DNA of 64,000 nucleotides, taken from NCBI GenBank assembly GCA_963708725.1, contig CAVPTL010000014.1, forward strand, positions 74,497 to 138,496, in the 5' to 3' direction. The DNA comes from an uncultured Actinomycetes bacterium. Lineage in GTDB: Bacteria > Actinomycetota > Thermoleophilia > Gaiellales > JAICJC01. Below the pieces are notes generated by a model. The model was not told where the DNA came from and searched no databases. It saw only the letters and a list, made by a program, of their open reading frames with translations. Below are positions 28,050 to 38,389 of the stretch, piece by piece. Within the stretch, counting starts at the first letter, position 1. Each line of letters starts with the position of its first letter. The translations under genes and the position numbers were made by a program.

Positions 28050-28086
28050 TGCGGTTGGATGGTACCAACCGAAGGTTGGGCCGCTC

Positions 28087-28641
28087 TCACTCGGTACGGG
28101 CGGGCTCGATCAATCCGTACTGCCCGTCGCGGCGCTTGTAGATGACGTTGATCTCATCGGAGTCCGCGTTCGTGAACATGAAGAAGTCGTGGCCGATCAG
28201 CTCCAGCTGAAGCGCCGCCTCCTCCGCTCCCATCGGCTTCAGGATGAACTGCTTTTGCTTGACGATCACGGCGGTCTCCTCGTCCTCGGGGTCGGGGGCT
28301 TCGGGCGGAGGGGAGTTGGGCGCGGGCGCGTGATGGGGCGCGCGCCGGCTGCGGCGGTCGCGGTATCGCTTGACCTGGCGTTCGAGCTTCTCGGCGACCA
28401 GGTCGATCGACGCGTACATGTCCTGCGACGATTCCCGGGCGCGCATCACCGGCCCCTTCGTCCACACGGTGGCCTCGGCGACCTGCGCGGCCGCGATGCT
28501 CGGATTGTGCTCGACTTCGAGCTCCACCTCGCAGCGGCTGTCGTCCGACAGGTACCGGGCCAGCTTGCCGAGCTTCTTCTCGGCGTGGGCGAAGAGCGCA
28601 TCGGTGACGTCGACGTTTCGCCCCTTGACCTGGAGGTTCAT
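28087..28641 (-). CDS. hpf: Ribosome hibernation promoting factor (long HPF)
   Basis: 'VKGRNVDVTDAL', 'DMYASID...KLERQ', C-terminal 'LKPM..EEA.LQLEL.GHDF'. Confidence 0.95.
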   Translation of the reverse strand: MNLQVKGRNVDVTDALFAHAEKKLGKLARYLSDDSRCEVELEVEHNPSIAAAQVAEATVWTKGPVMRARESSQDMYASIDLVAEKLERQVKRYRDRRSRRAPHHAPAPNSPPPEAPDPEDEETAVIVKQKQFILKPMGAEEAALQLELIGHDFFMFTNADSDEINVIYKRRDGQYGLIEPARTE

Positions 28642-28705
28642 CGGCATCTCCTCAGTGCGGACACGCTCCGAACGATACCGCCCGAGTTCCCCCCGCGCGA
28701 GCCAT

Positions 28706-29737
28706 TCACGCGGGCAGCTCGATCACTACCCGCGAACCCCGGCCCGGGCGGGACTCGACTCGAAGCGTGCCCCCCGCGTACCTCACGCGCTGGGTCGCGA
28801 GCTCCAGACCGCCCGGTCTTGGCGCGTGGATGGCAGTGGCTGCGGGATCGAATCCCCGGCCGTCGTCTCGCACGTCGATGCGCAGTGATCCGGGCCAGTA
28901 CTCGAATTCAACCGACACGGTGTTGGCGTCTGCGTGGCGCCGGATATTCTCGATCGCTTCGCTGACCACGGTGAATGCCAGCGCCTCGATATCCGGCGGG
29001 CAGCGGGGCACCCTCCCCACCACACTCGTGCTCCAACCGGTCGTTTCGGTCGCGTCGGCAAGCGCCGCCCGCACGCCCTCGGTGAGACCGCGGGCATGCA
29101 CGACCTGGGGACTGAGCTCAAACGTGAGCCGGGCCAGCCGTTCCATCACGTAGGCGACGGCGCGTCGCACCGAGGTCGTGTCGGCCGGCCGGCCCGCACG
29201 CGCCTCCATCAGCTCGAGCCGGTCGATCAGGACGAGCACCGCCGTCAGCACCTGGAGCCCATGGTCATGGAGCTCGTCGGCCGCGACCCGCCGTACCCGG
29301 TCGGCGGCGGCCAACGCCTCCCCCAGGGTGGCGAGCCGGCGTTCGTTGGCGGCCTGCTCGAGCCGGTGCTCGGTGATGTCAAGCAACACCCCAAGGCGTA
29401 CCCCGGGAGCCGCCAGCACCTCGTTGTCCTCGACCCAGACGGGGGCGCCGGTCGCCCCGACCAGGCGATACTCGAGCCGACAGCCCTCTCTGGCAGCGAC
29501 CGCCGCCCGATGGGCTTCGGTGACCCGGTCGCGATCGTCCGGGTGAATGTAGGCGTGCCACCGACTGGTGCCCATCCACTCGCCGGGGTCGTGCCCGGTG
29601 AGCTCCGAAAGCCAGGGGCTGACGTGGACGACGACACTCGTGGTCTCGTCGATCCGATAGCTCACGACCGGTAGCTGATCGGCCGAAGTCTGAGCCAATA
29701 CCCGCAATGCTTCGGTAGCCAAGGACCCTCTCGACAC
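28706..29737 (-). CDS. PAS-domain sensor histidine kinase (HisKA_3 type); start approximate
   Basis: PAS_3 'IHPDDR...EYRL...VWVED'; H-box 'ADELHD'; 'EAIENIRRHA', 'DDGRGF'. Confidence 0.85.
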   Translation of the reverse strand: MSRGSLATEALRVLAQTSADQLPVVSYRIDETTSVVVHVSPWLSELTGHDPGEWMGTSRWHAYIHPDDRDRVTEAHRAAVAAREGCRLEYRLVGATGAPVWVEDNEVLAAPGVRLGVLLDITEHRLEQAANERRLATLGEALAAADRVRRVAADELHDHGLQVLTAVLVLIDRLELMEARAGRPADTTSVRRAVAYVMERLARLTFELSPQVVHARGLTEGVRAALADATETTGWSTSVVGRVPRCPPDIEALAFTVVSEAIENIRRHADANTVSVEFEYWPGSLRIDVRDDGRGFDPAATAIHAPRPGGLELATQRVRYAGGTLRVESRPGRGSRVVIELPA

Positions 29738-29840
29738 TCTGCCGGTTGCACGACTGTTCAACCCTCCTCGACGGTAGCACCGCCGCCCGGCCAATCGGAT
29801 CCCCGGTTTGGAGTAATCGCGCACTTCCGCGTCAACTGCC

Positions 29841-30512
29841 TCAGGCGCGCGCAAGCGCCACCGCCTCGACCCTGACCGCCCCCGAACGCCGCAGCGCGTG
29901 GGCACAGGACTCGAGCGTCGCCCCGGTGGTGTGCACGTCGTCGACCAGCAGGATGTTTGCCGGAACCGCGGCCACCGCTCGAAACGATTCGCGCACATTC
30001 GCGCGGCGGGCGCGGACGTCGAGGCCCCGCTGCGGTGGCCGGCGACCGTGCTGGTGAAGCAGCGCCCGCGCAGGGAGCGACCAGCGCCTGCCGAGCTCGC
30101 TGGCCAGCAGCTGCGGCGGGTGGTACCCACGCCGGATCAGCCGCCACCGGTCGGGGGGCACCCAGGTCACGACGTCCACCGAGGGCGGTTCGAGCACGGT
30201 CACGATCAGGCCCGCGGCGTGAGCCGCCAGCCCGCGGATGCCACCGTCCTTGAGCGCATGAACGAGCCGGCGGGTGTCACCGTCGTAGGCCAGCGCCGCG
30301 CGGGCGCGCTCGAACCCCAGCCGGCGATCGCGACACTCCAGGCAGTTACTCAGGGTGGTGTGAGGGGGAAGATCAGGCGCCGCTGCACCGCACCGCCGGC
30401 AGACGGCGCCGGTAAGCAGCGGCAGGCCCGCCATGCACGGCGTGCACACAGGGCTTCCCACGCCCTTGCAGAGCGCGCACACCGGCGGCACGAGCAGATC
30501 CAGTAGCTCCAT
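29841..30512 (-). CDS. comF: ComF family phosphoribosyltransferase-like protein
   Basis: Double zinc ribbon (CxxC x4); 'LLVDDVHTTGATL'. Confidence 0.9.
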   Translation of the reverse strand: MELLDLLVPPVCALCKGVGSPVCTPCMAGLPLLTGAVCRRCGAAAPDLPPHTTLSNCLECRDRRLGFERARAALAYDGDTRRLVHALKDGGIRGLAAHAAGLIVTVLEPPSVDVVTWVPPDRWRLIRRGYHPPQLLASELGRRWSLPARALLHQHGRRPPQRGLDVRARRANVRESFRAVAAVPANILLVDDVHTTGATLESCAHALRRSGAVRVEAVALARA

Positions 30513-30564
30513 GGAGCCAACCTATCGACCGCGCGTTCACGAGTGTGACTCCGCGAGTCGCGGT

Positions 30565-31695
30565 TTACTCCAGAAACTGTGCCGCGTGGCGAGCGATCTG
30601 CTCGCGGCGACGCTCGAGCTCCTCCGTATCCTTGACCGGCAGAAACCTCGACCTGTCGCCGGAGCGCGGCACCTGCAAGAACCGGGAGTCAAGCGCCGAG
30701 GTCAGCTCGCCGATCAGCCGCTCGAACTGCACCGCAGAGCGCCCGTCGACCTGCTTGGAGACGAGGAAGTACGTCCACTCGAACTGAAGCTCCGCCAGCG
30801 CGACTGCGTTGACGATGAACGTGTTGGTGTTGAACACCCTGACCGCCGCGCCGTCGAACTCGTGCGGCAGCCGAAACTCCTCCAGGATCACCGGCCGGCC
30901 GTCCCAGCGCACGGGGATCCCTCCGCGATCGGTGCCCACCTTCTCGACCACCTCGACGGTCACCGGCGCTCCCTGCTCGAGGTGCCAGCCGAGCACTGCC
31001 GGATCGACCCCAGCGCCGAGGTTGTCGAGATTTGCGATCCACACATACCGACCGCCGGCCTCGATGAACCGCTGCAGCCGCCCATGCTCGCGGAGTGCGT
31101 CGACCAGGTCACCGTGACCGGTCGCGTGCGGGCTGGGACGACCATCGGCGTCGCAGAAGAGCGTTTTTTCCGGAGTCAGCCGAAGGCTCACGTACTGCCG
31201 AAAGACATCGACATCAACGCCGTCGAGACGATCGCCGAGCGCCGCCCGGATCGGGCCGTCGGTCGCGTGGCTGGTGAGCATCCACAGCGGCAGCGATGCG
31301 TCGGCGGCCCGGCTCCAGTACTCCCGCTCGGCCAGCCTGATATCCAGAAATGTGCGGCCGTCGGCCGCCTCGACCAACGCCTTGACCACCCCGCCCATGC
31401 GGGTCGCCATACCACCGGCCAGCACAACCAACGCGAGCTCACCGCGGGCAAGTGCCTGCATCCCTCGGGCCGCCAGCCTGCGCTCATCGTCACTCTCGTG
31501 CTCGGGTAAAGGCAGCACGTCGCCGGGGTCGGGGGCGGTGACCTCACCAGTCACCCGGTTCTGATCGGAGCCGCGGTCGAGCATCGCCGACCACTCGATC
31601 AGCTGCTCGGGGTCGAAGCCGTGCTCACCCAACTCGGCCAGCAGCTGCGGATCCAGCCGCGCCAGCTCCGCCCGAAGCTCAGCCGTCAAGTGCAA
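30565..31695 (-). CDS. UTP--glucose-1-phosphate uridylyltransferase of the UDPGP (eukaryote-like) family
   Basis: 'VVLAGGMATRMGG', 'TGHGD', 'NLDNLGA', 'GGIP', 'FNTN', 'RFLPVK'. Confidence 0.85.
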   Translation of the reverse strand: MHLTAELRAELARLDPQLLAELGEHGFDPEQLIEWSAMLDRGSDQNRVTGEVTAPDPGDVLPLPEHESDDERRLAARGMQALARGELALVVLAGGMATRMGGVVKALVEAADGRTFLDIRLAEREYWSRAADASLPLWMLTSHATDGPIRAALGDRLDGVDVDVFRQYVSLRLTPEKTLFCDADGRPSPHATGHGDLVDALREHGRLQRFIEAGGRYVWIANLDNLGAGVDPAVLGWHLEQGAPVTVEVVEKVGTDRGGIPVRWDGRPVILEEFRLPHEFDGAAVRVFNTNTFIVNAVALAELQFEWTYFLVSKQVDGRSAVQFERLIGELTSALDSRFLQVPRSGDRSRFLPVKDTEELERRREQIARHAAQFLE

Positions 31696-32707
31696 ACGGG
31701 GGTCGAAGAACGCCGTTCTCGGTGATGATCGCGCTGATGTTCTCGGCCGAGGTCACGTCGAAGGCCGGGTTGTAGACGCCGATATCCGCTGGAGCGTGCG
31801 AACCCGAGACCTCCGCCGGTGCGCGGTGCTCGATCGGGATTTCCGCGCCGGTCGCAAGCGTGGCGTCGATCGTCGAGGTGGGCGCCGCAACGTAGAACGG
31901 AATGCCGTGGGCGCGGGCCAAGACGCTCAGCGAGTAGGTGCCGATCTTGTTGGCGGTGTCGCCGTTTCGCGCGATTCGGTCGGCCCCGGTGATCACCGCG
32001 TCGACCTTGCGCTGCGCCATCAGCCAGCCGGCAGTCGAGTCGGTGATCAAGGTCGCGGCGATCCCGCTCTGCTCGAGCTCCCACGCGGTCAGGCGCGCGC
32101 CCTGGAACAGCGGCCGGGTCTCGTCCACCCACACATGCAGCTGAGAGTCGCGACGATGCGCAGAACGAATCACCCCAAGCGCCGTCCCATAGCCGCCGGT
32201 CGCAAGCGCTCCCGCATTGCAGTGCGTGAGCACCTGGGCGCCGGCGCGCAGCAACTCGGCCCCGTGATCGCCGATCCGCATGCAGCGATCGACCTCGGCA
32301 TGGTGCAGGTCGGACGCCGCGGACACCAGGGCCTCACGCAGCGACGCGGTGTCGTCATACGGCTCGGCGGCGACCGCGCGCATCTGGGCAACCGCCCACG
32401 CGAGGTTGACGGCGGTTGGGCGCGCCCCGGCCAGCCCCGTACAGGCACGATCGACATGAGCGCGCAGCTCGTCCAGCGACTCGGTGTCGTCGCTGAGCGC
32501 CGCCAGCGCAACGGCATAGGCGGCGGTCACACCGATTGCCGGGGCGCCCCGCACAACCATCCCGCGAATGGCGACGATCACGTCCTGCCAACGGGTGTAG
32601 CGGCGCTCCACGATCTCGCCGGGAAGCAGGGTTTGATCGAGCAGCACGAGCGAGTCCAGCTCGAGTCGGACGATCGCCTCCGGGGTGAGGCCCACAGCGG
32701 TGGACAT
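31679..32707 (-). CDS. mtnA: S-methyl-5-thioribose-1-phosphate isomerase
   Basis: 'VRGAPAIG', 'RPTAVNL', 'THCNAGALAT', 'ETRP..QGARLT', 'ANKIGT'. Confidence 0.96.
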   Translation of the reverse strand: MSTAVGLTPEAIVRLELDSLVLLDQTLLPGEIVERRYTRWQDVIVAIRGMVVRGAPAIGVTAAYAVALAALSDDTESLDELRAHVDRACTGLAGARPTAVNLAWAVAQMRAVAAEPYDDTASLREALVSAASDLHHAEVDRCMRIGDHGAELLRAGAQVLTHCNAGALATGGYGTALGVIRSAHRRDSQLHVWVDETRPLFQGARLTAWELEQSGIAATLITDSTAGWLMAQRKVDAVITGADRIARNGDTANKIGTYSLSVLARAHGIPFYVAAPTSTIDATLATGAEIPIEHRAPAEVSGSHAPADIGVYNPAFDVTSAENISAIITENGVLRPPFALDG

Positions 32708-32716
32708 CGCCCGGGG

Positions 32717-33985
32717 CTAGGTGCCCTCGTCCCAGGACGAGAGGTAGTGCGCCTGCTCGGGAGTGAGCGAATCGAGGTCGACCCCCATCGATTCGAGCTT
32801 GAGTCGCGCGACCTCGGCGTCCAGCTCGGCGGGAACGGTGTAGACCTCGTTGCGCAGGTCGGCGTGATGTTGGCACACCCACTCGGCCGAGAGCGCTTGG
32901 TTGGCGAAGCTCATGTCCATCACCGACGCGGGATGGCCCTCGGCGGCCGCAAGGTTGACCAGCCGCCCCTGGGCGAGCAGATACAGGCGCCGGCCGTCAC
33001 TCATGTCGAACTGCTCGACGTTGGGGCGCGCCACCGACTTGCCAACCGACTGCTGCTCGAGCGCGGGGATGTCGATCTCGACGTCGAAATGGCCGCAGTT
33101 TGCGAGGATCGCGCCGTCTTTCATCACCAGGAAATGTTCGCCGCGGAGGATGTGCTTGTCGCCGGTGGCGGTCACGAACACGTCCCCCACCTTGGCCGCC
33201 TCGGCGATCGGCATCACCCGAAAACCGTCCATCACGGCCTGGAGCGCACGCAACGGGTCGATCTCGAGCACGATCACGTTTGCGCCCATGCCCCGGGCGC
33301 GATCGGCAAGTCCCCGCCCACACCAGCCATAGCCGCCGACCACGAAGGTGCGACCGGCAATCAGGATGTTGGTGGCACGCAGGATCCCATCGAGCGTCGA
33401 CTGGCCGGTGCCATAGCGGTTGTCGAACAGGTGCTTGGTGTTGGCCTCGTTGATGGCAACGATCGGAAACCCGAGCACCCCGTCGGCCTGCATGGCGCGC
33501 AGCCGGATCACACCGGTGGTCGTCTCCTCCGTGCCTGCGAGCACATCGCCCAGCCGCTCGGGGTAGCGCTGATGCATCGTGGAAACCACGTCGCAGCCGT
33601 CGTCCATCGTCAGATGCGGACCGTGCTCGATCGCGGCGTCGATGTGCTGGTAATAGGTCTCATTGTCCTCGCCGTGAATCGCATACACCGAGATGCCGTA
33701 CTCCGCCACCAGCGCGGCGGCGACGTCGTCCTGGGTCGACAGTGGGTTGGACGCGCACAAAAGCACATCGGCCCCGCCGGCCTTGAGCGTGCGCATCAGA
33801 TTCGCGGTCTCAGACGTCACGTGCAGGCACGCGGCGACGCGTTTTCCCTCGAGCGGGCGTTCAGTCTCGAATCGCTCCCGCAGCGCCGATAGCACCGGCA
33901 TCTGGCGGTCGGCCCACTCGATCCGGCGGACTCCCGCCTCGGCCAGCGCGAGGTCGCGTACATGGTTGGGGATGGTCGTGCTCAT
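32717..33985 (-). CDS. ahcY: Adenosylhomocysteinase
   Basis: 'SNPLSTQD', 'EETTTG', '[13 protein letters not shown]', 'GRLVNL', '[11 protein letters not shown]'. Confidence 0.97.
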   Translation of the reverse strand: MSTTIPNHVRDLALAEAGVRRIEWADRQMPVLSALRERFETERPLEGKRVAACLHVTSETANLMRTLKAGGADVLLCASNPLSTQDDVAAALVAEYGISVYAIHGEDNETYYQHIDAAIEHGPHLTMDDGCDVVSTMHQRYPERLGDVLAGTEETTTGVIRLRAMQADGVLGFPIVAINEANTKHLFDNRYGTGQSTLDGILRATNILIAGRTFVVGGYGWCGRGLADRARGMGANVIVLEIDPLRALQAVMDGFRVMPIAEAAKVGDVFVTATGDKHILRGEHFLVMKDGAILANCGHFDVEIDIPALEQQSVGKSVARPNVEQFDMSDGRRLYLLAQGRLVNLAAAEGHPASVMDMSFANQALSAEWVCQHHADLRNEVYTVPAELDAEVARLKLESMGVDLDSLTPEQAHYLSSWDEGT

Positions 33986-34029
33986 CTCTTGACTATAGAG
34001 CAGATGTGAACGCGCGCCGCCGAGCCGCT

Positions 34030-35004
34030 TCAGGCCATGCGCGCCTTGAGCTCGGCGATCCGGGCGATCGGTCCCGGGTCGACGCCGCGCTCCAATCCGG
34101 CGTAATAACTGACCCAGTCGCCCTGGGCCACGAGCGAGAAGGCACGTGCGGCGGGAGAGTCGCCGCGGCTCTCCACGACTGCCGTCACCGCAGCGTCGTT
34201 GGCGATCAGGGCCTGGGCGGCGTCGAGCATCGTCATGTTCGCCGCCAACTGATGGCGATCGCGCAGAAACACCGCCGCAAAATTCTGGCCATGGGCGCCC
34301 GCCCAGCCCTCGATCTCGTTGTGGCCGACCTCGGGGAACGCATGACTGAAGGCGTGCATCTTGGCGTTCTCGTTGAGCTGGGTCTTCCACCGGTAGGCCA
34401 CCACCGCCAGCGGGCCGGCGCCGTAGATCAGAGGGATGGTCGTCGCGAGCGTCGCTCCCAGCGCCCGCGCCGCGGGTTCGTCGGCCTGCTCGGCACCCAG
34501 AGCGGCTTGCTCGGCCAGGCCCTGCGGGCCGAGCCCGGCGACGCCGAGCGCCTCGGCCGTCGCACCGAACAGGTACCCGAGCGCCGCCCTGGGGTAGAGG
34601 CCACTGGGCACCTGGGCGAAGGGCACGTCCCATTCACCCGCGAGCGCACCGAGCGTGCCGCCCGCGCCCACCGCGAGAATGCTCGCTCCGCGCTCGTGGG
34701 CCTGCTGTGCGCAGGCAAGCGTCTCGGCGGTGTCGCCCGAGTAGCTCACGCACACCACCAGCGTCCCGGGCCCGACGAAGGTCGGTAGGCCAAAGCCACG
34801 CACACGTGTCACAGGCACCGGACAGGCACCGGCGATGATCCCTCGCAACAGCTCTCCGCCCACGGCCGATCCACCCATTCCAGCCAGGACGACAGCGGCA
34901 GGTAGCGGCAGACGCTCACCCGCAGCCACGCCGATGCGGCCGCCTTCGCGGAGTTGGTCGGGGAGCTGCTCGATCGCCCCCCGGATGTTGTCGCTGTCTA
35001 CCAC
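34030..35004 (-). CDS. Bifunctional phosphoglucose/phosphomannose isomerase (SIS domain)
   Basis: 'GMGGS', 'SYSGDTAET', 'PRAA', '[11 protein letters not shown]', 'PEVGHNEI'. Confidence 0.92.
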   Translation of the reverse strand: MVDSDNIRGAIEQLPDQLREGGRIGVAAGERLPLPAAVVLAGMGGSAVGGELLRGIIAGACPVPVTRVRGFGLPTFVGPGTLVVCVSYSGDTAETLACAQQAHERGASILAVGAGGTLGALAGEWDVPFAQVPSGLYPRAALGYLFGATAEALGVAGLGPQGLAEQAALGAEQADEPAARALGATLATTIPLIYGAGPLAVVAYRWKTQLNENAKMHAFSHAFPEVGHNEIEGWAGAHGQNFAAVFLRDRHQLAANMTMLDAAQALIANDAAVTAVVESRGDSPAARAFSLVAQGDWVSYYAGLERGVDPGPIARIAELKARMA

Positions 35005-35861
35005 ACGGTTCCTTGCTCGTTGATGACGGCATTCTCTACGATCGCGCCGGGCGGGACCCGGCCCTCGGGCAGGATCACCGATCGGGAGACGTGGGCGCCA
35101 TCGCCGATCACTGCTCCCACACCCACCACCGACCCCGAAATCACCGCGCCCGGTGAGACCGAGGCCGAGGGATCGATCAGGCTCTCGGCCTCGATGCACT
35201 CGAGGTTTGCCTCGAGGTACGACGCCGGCGTTCCGATATCGATCCAGCGGCAGTCCTGGGCGAAGCCGAACAGGCCGTGTGCGACCAACTGCGGGAACAC
35301 CTCCCGCTCGATCGACACCTCCCGCCCCGCGGCAACACCGCCCAGCACGTCGGGATCGAGCACGTAGGTGCCGGCGTTGATGGTTGCCGCCGGCGCGGCT
35401 CCCTGCGGCTTCTCGACGAAGGCCGTGACCTCTCCGTCGGCCCGCGTGACCACCACGCCGTACCGGCTCGGGTCATCGACGGTGTGGAGGGCCAGCGTCG
35501 CGCGCGCCCCGTGCGCCCGGTGCTCTGCCACCAGCGCGGTCAGGTCGAGGTCGGTCAAGACATCGCCGTTGCACGCGACGAACGGCTCGGTGATACCCGC
35601 CGCCGCGTGGGCAATGGCCCCACCCGTACCGAGCGGCTCGGATTCGACGACGTACTCGAGGCGGTCGCCGAAGTGCGCCTGGATCAGGTCGGGTTGGTAC
35701 CCACAGGCGAGGATCACGCGATCGATCCCATGCTGGGTGAGGTGATCGATCTGGCGCTCGAGAAACGGCCGGTTTCCGATCGGAAGCATCGCCTTGGGCA
35801 CCGAGTCCGTCAATGGTCGCAAGCGGGTGCCGAGCCCCCCGACCAACACCACCGCGATCAT
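34998..35861 (-). CDS. NDP-sugar pyrophosphorylase (mannose-1-phosphate guanylyltransferase-like)
   Basis: 'GGLGTRLRPLT..PK', 'EPLGTGGA', 'FVEKP', 'SIERE', C-terminal hexapeptide repeats. Confidence 0.9.
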   Translation of the reverse strand: MIAVVLVGGLGTRLRPLTDSVPKAMLPIGNRPFLERQIDHLTQHGIDRVILACGYQPDLIQAHFGDRLEYVVESEPLGTGGAIAHAAAGITEPFVACNGDVLTDLDLTALVAEHRAHGARATLALHTVDDPSRYGVVVTRADGEVTAFVEKPQGAAPAATINAGTYVLDPDVLGGVAAGREVSIEREVFPQLVAHGLFGFAQDCRWIDIGTPASYLEANLECIEAESLIDPSASVSPGAVISGSVVGVGAVIGDGAHVSRSVILPEGRVPPGAIVENAVINEQGTVW

Positions 35862-37222
35862 GCGGGCGCGACCGAGCCGGGCGGATCGATCCGCGTCACA
35901 TCGTCGGGATCGCTCGGCCTTCCGACCGACTCATATGCGAATCCGGCAGCCCGGGCGGCGGCGGGATCGAGCAGGTTTCGGCCATCGACGATCAACGGCT
36001 GGGCCATGGCATTTCGCACCTCGGCCGAGGCCAGCCCGCGAAACTCGTCCCACTCGGTCACGATCACCGCCGCGTCGGCACCGGTTACCGCCTCGAGCAT
36101 CGAGCCGGCCCGCTCGACCTGACCATGCAGCAGCCGATCGGCGTTCTCCATCGCGACCGGGTCATACACCACCACGGTGGTGCCTTCGGCCCGCAGCCGA
36201 TCGCACAGCACCAGGCTGGCCGCCTCGCGCATATCGTCGGTATTTGCCTTGAACGCGAGCCCGAGCACCGCGACCCGGCGACCGCGTAGCGGCCCCAGGT
36301 GCTTCTCGAGTTTCCCGACGAGTCGGCGCTTCTGAAGCTCGTTGACCTCGATCACGGCGGTCAGCAGCTGGAAGTGGTACCCCGTATTGCCGGCCAGCTG
36401 CTTGAGCGCGCGCACGTCCTTGGGAAAGCACGATCCGCCGTAACCAATGCCGGGGCGCAGGAAATGCGGGCCGATGCGCGCATCCAGGCCCATACCCTCG
36501 GTCACCACCGACACGTCGGCGCCGACCTCCTCGCACACATTGGCGATCTCGTTCACGAACGAGATCTTGGCGGCCAGGAAGGCGTTGGACGCATATTTGG
36601 TCATCTCGGCCGAGGCGACGTCGGTGCGGATCACGGGGGCATCGATGCTGGCATAGAGCGCTTCGACCGCCGCGCCGTGGGCGGGATCGTAGGCACCGAT
36701 CACGATCCTGTCGGGATGAGCGAAATCGGTGACGGCACGCCCCTCGCGGAGAAACTCCGGATTCGACACGTACGCGATCTCGCGCCCGGCGGCCTGCAAC
36801 TCCTCACGCAACCGGTCGCCGGTGCCAACCGGCACCGTGCTCTTCATCACCAGGATCAGCTCGTCCGATGCATCCGACAGCTCGTCGATCACCGTATGCA
36901 CCCGTGACAGGTCGGCGTCACCCGAGTGCATCTGAGGCGTGTCGACGCACACGAACACAATCTGGCAGCGGCGCATCATCGACTCCAGATCGAGCGTGAA
37001 CTCGAGCCGGTTGCGGTTTCGCTCCAGCACTGGCTCGACGTCTGGCTCGTAGATCGGGAGCCGGCCCGCCCGGAGACCCTCGATGCGGTCAGCATCGATG
37101 TCGCGACAGATCACGTCGTAGCCCAGGTCGGCGAAACAGACGGCGGTGACAAGGCCCACGTAGCCCACGCCGATCACGCCGATCGGTTTCCCACCAGGCT
37201 CGGCTCTGAGGTCGGTACTCAT
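35858..37222 (-). CDS. ugd: UDP-glucose/GDP-mannose dehydrogenase
   Basis: 'GVGYVG', 'KSTVP', 'NPEFLREG', 'GGSCFPKD', 'FKANTDDMRE'. Confidence 0.95.
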   Translation of the reverse strand: MSTDLRAEPGGKPIGVIGVGYVGLVTAVCFADLGYDVICRDIDADRIEGLRAGRLPIYEPDVEPVLERNRNRLEFTLDLESMMRRCQIVFVCVDTPQMHSGDADLSRVHTVIDELSDASDELILVMKSTVPVGTGDRLREELQAAGREIAYVSNPEFLREGRAVTDFAHPDRIVIGAYDPAHGAAVEALYASIDAPVIRTDVASAEMTKYASNAFLAAKISFVNEIANVCEEVGADVSVVTEGMGLDARIGPHFLRPGIGYGGSCFPKDVRALKQLAGNTGYHFQLLTAVIEVNELQKRRLVGKLEKHLGPLRGRRVAVLGLAFKANTDDMREAASLVLCDRLRAEGTTVVVYDPVAMENADRLLHGQVERAGSMLEAVTGADAAVIVTEWDEFRGLASAEVRNAMAQPLIVDGRNLLDPAAARAAGFAYESVGRPSDPDDVTRIDPPGSVAPA

Positions 37223-37244
37223 CGGTGGAGGCTGAGTATATGGA

Positions 37245-38351
37245 TCATCCGCGAGGCCCGAGAGCAGACGCCTCGCGCAGGAACTCGCCGAGTGCGCGCC
37301 GATAGACGCCCAGCGACGCCACCTCCACGTACTCGTCGGGGCCATGATGGCCGGCTCCCACCGGGCCGAACTCGGCGCTGGGCACTCCCCGGTTGAGGAA
37401 CACAGCCGCGTCGGATGCACCGTCTCGACCCACCGGATCGGACGGGCGATCGCTGCTTCGCACCGCCCGCAGGAGCGCCGCGACGTGACTGTTCGATGCA
37501 CTGAGATCGGCCGCTGCAACCAGGTAGATGCGCTCAACCGCGACCCCCAGACCACGCACCTGTTCCACGATCTCGTCGGGGTCCTGCTCGGGCAGGAATC
37601 GGATATCAAGGTCGATGCTGCACCGGTCGGGCACCCGATTGACGGCATCGCCGCCGCTGATGCGGCCGAGGTTGACCGTCGGCCCAGCCGTAAAGAGTGG
37701 CGAACGATCCTGCGTAAACGGCAGCTGAGCGACGCGCCTGGCGATCTCGACGGCCTTCAGCACAGCGTTCTCACCCAGCCACGGCGTGGAGCCGTGGGCC
37801 GAACGGCCGTGGACGTCCAGCCGCAGAACCAGCGCTCCCTTGGCCTGGATGCCGACGTTCAGATCGGTGGGCTCACCACAGATCACGAACTCGCCGACGT
37901 AGCCTGCATCCGCGAGCCGGGCGGTGGCCTTCTCGTCGTGCCGGCGCGCCTCCGACTCCTCATCGGGGACGATCAGAAGCTGGACTCGCATGCCGTTCAT
38001 GCGTTCGGGAGTCGCAGCCGCGTCGGCCAGCGCGGCCAGCATCGCGGCCAGGGCCCCCTTCATGTCGTAGCTGCCACGGCCGTACAGGCGACCGGCGCGT
38101 TCACGAGCCGTGAACTGGGCGGGATCGCCGGGCACGACATCGATGTGGCTCGACCAAACGATCGTGCGCTCCCCCTCGCCGACGGTTGCGATCACCGACG
38201 GCCGGCCGTCGAGTTCGACCTCCTGATGCTGGATGCCGTGGGCCTCGAGCCAGCCCCCGATGAACGCGACCCCATCGCGGATACCTTCCGGCCGCGAGGT
38301 GTCGAACCCGATCAACCGCTCGGTCAGCGCGATTTCGTCGATGCTGCTCAC
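37245..38351 (-). CDS. M20 family metallopeptidase (DapE/ArgE-like)
   Basis: 'HIDVV', 'GRGSYDMKG', 'DEE', 'GEPT', 'HGPDE'. Confidence 0.9.
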   Translation of the reverse strand: MSSIDEIALTERLIGFDTSRPEGIRDGVAFIGGWLEAHGIQHQEVELDGRPSVIATVGEGERTIVWSSHIDVVPGDPAQFTARERAGRLYGRGSYDMKGALAAMLAALADAAATPERMNGMRVQLLIVPDEESEARRHDEKATARLADAGYVGEFVICGEPTDLNVGIQAKGALVLRLDVHGRSAHGSTPWLGENAVLKAVEIARRVAQLPFTQDRSPLFTAGPTVNLGRISGGDAVNRVPDRCSIDLDIRFLPEQDPDEIVEQVRGLGVAVERIYLVAAADLSASNSHVAALLRAVRSSDRPSDPVGRDGASDAAVFLNRGVPSAEFGPVGAGHHGPDEYVEVASLGVYRRALGEFLREASALGPRG

Positions 38352-38389
38352 CGCCCGATTCTGGCAGAGCCGGTAGCGTCTCGTGTCCG

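Noticed and set aside
25644-28145. 833-aa plus-strand ORF, and similar long ORFs at 18417-20465, 31796-33892, 50210-51553 and 55719-57065
   Set aside because: Antisense shadows of secA, PBP, ahcY/mtnA, atpG/A and the wecA-like gene, expected from GC-rich codon bias; no recognisable motifs
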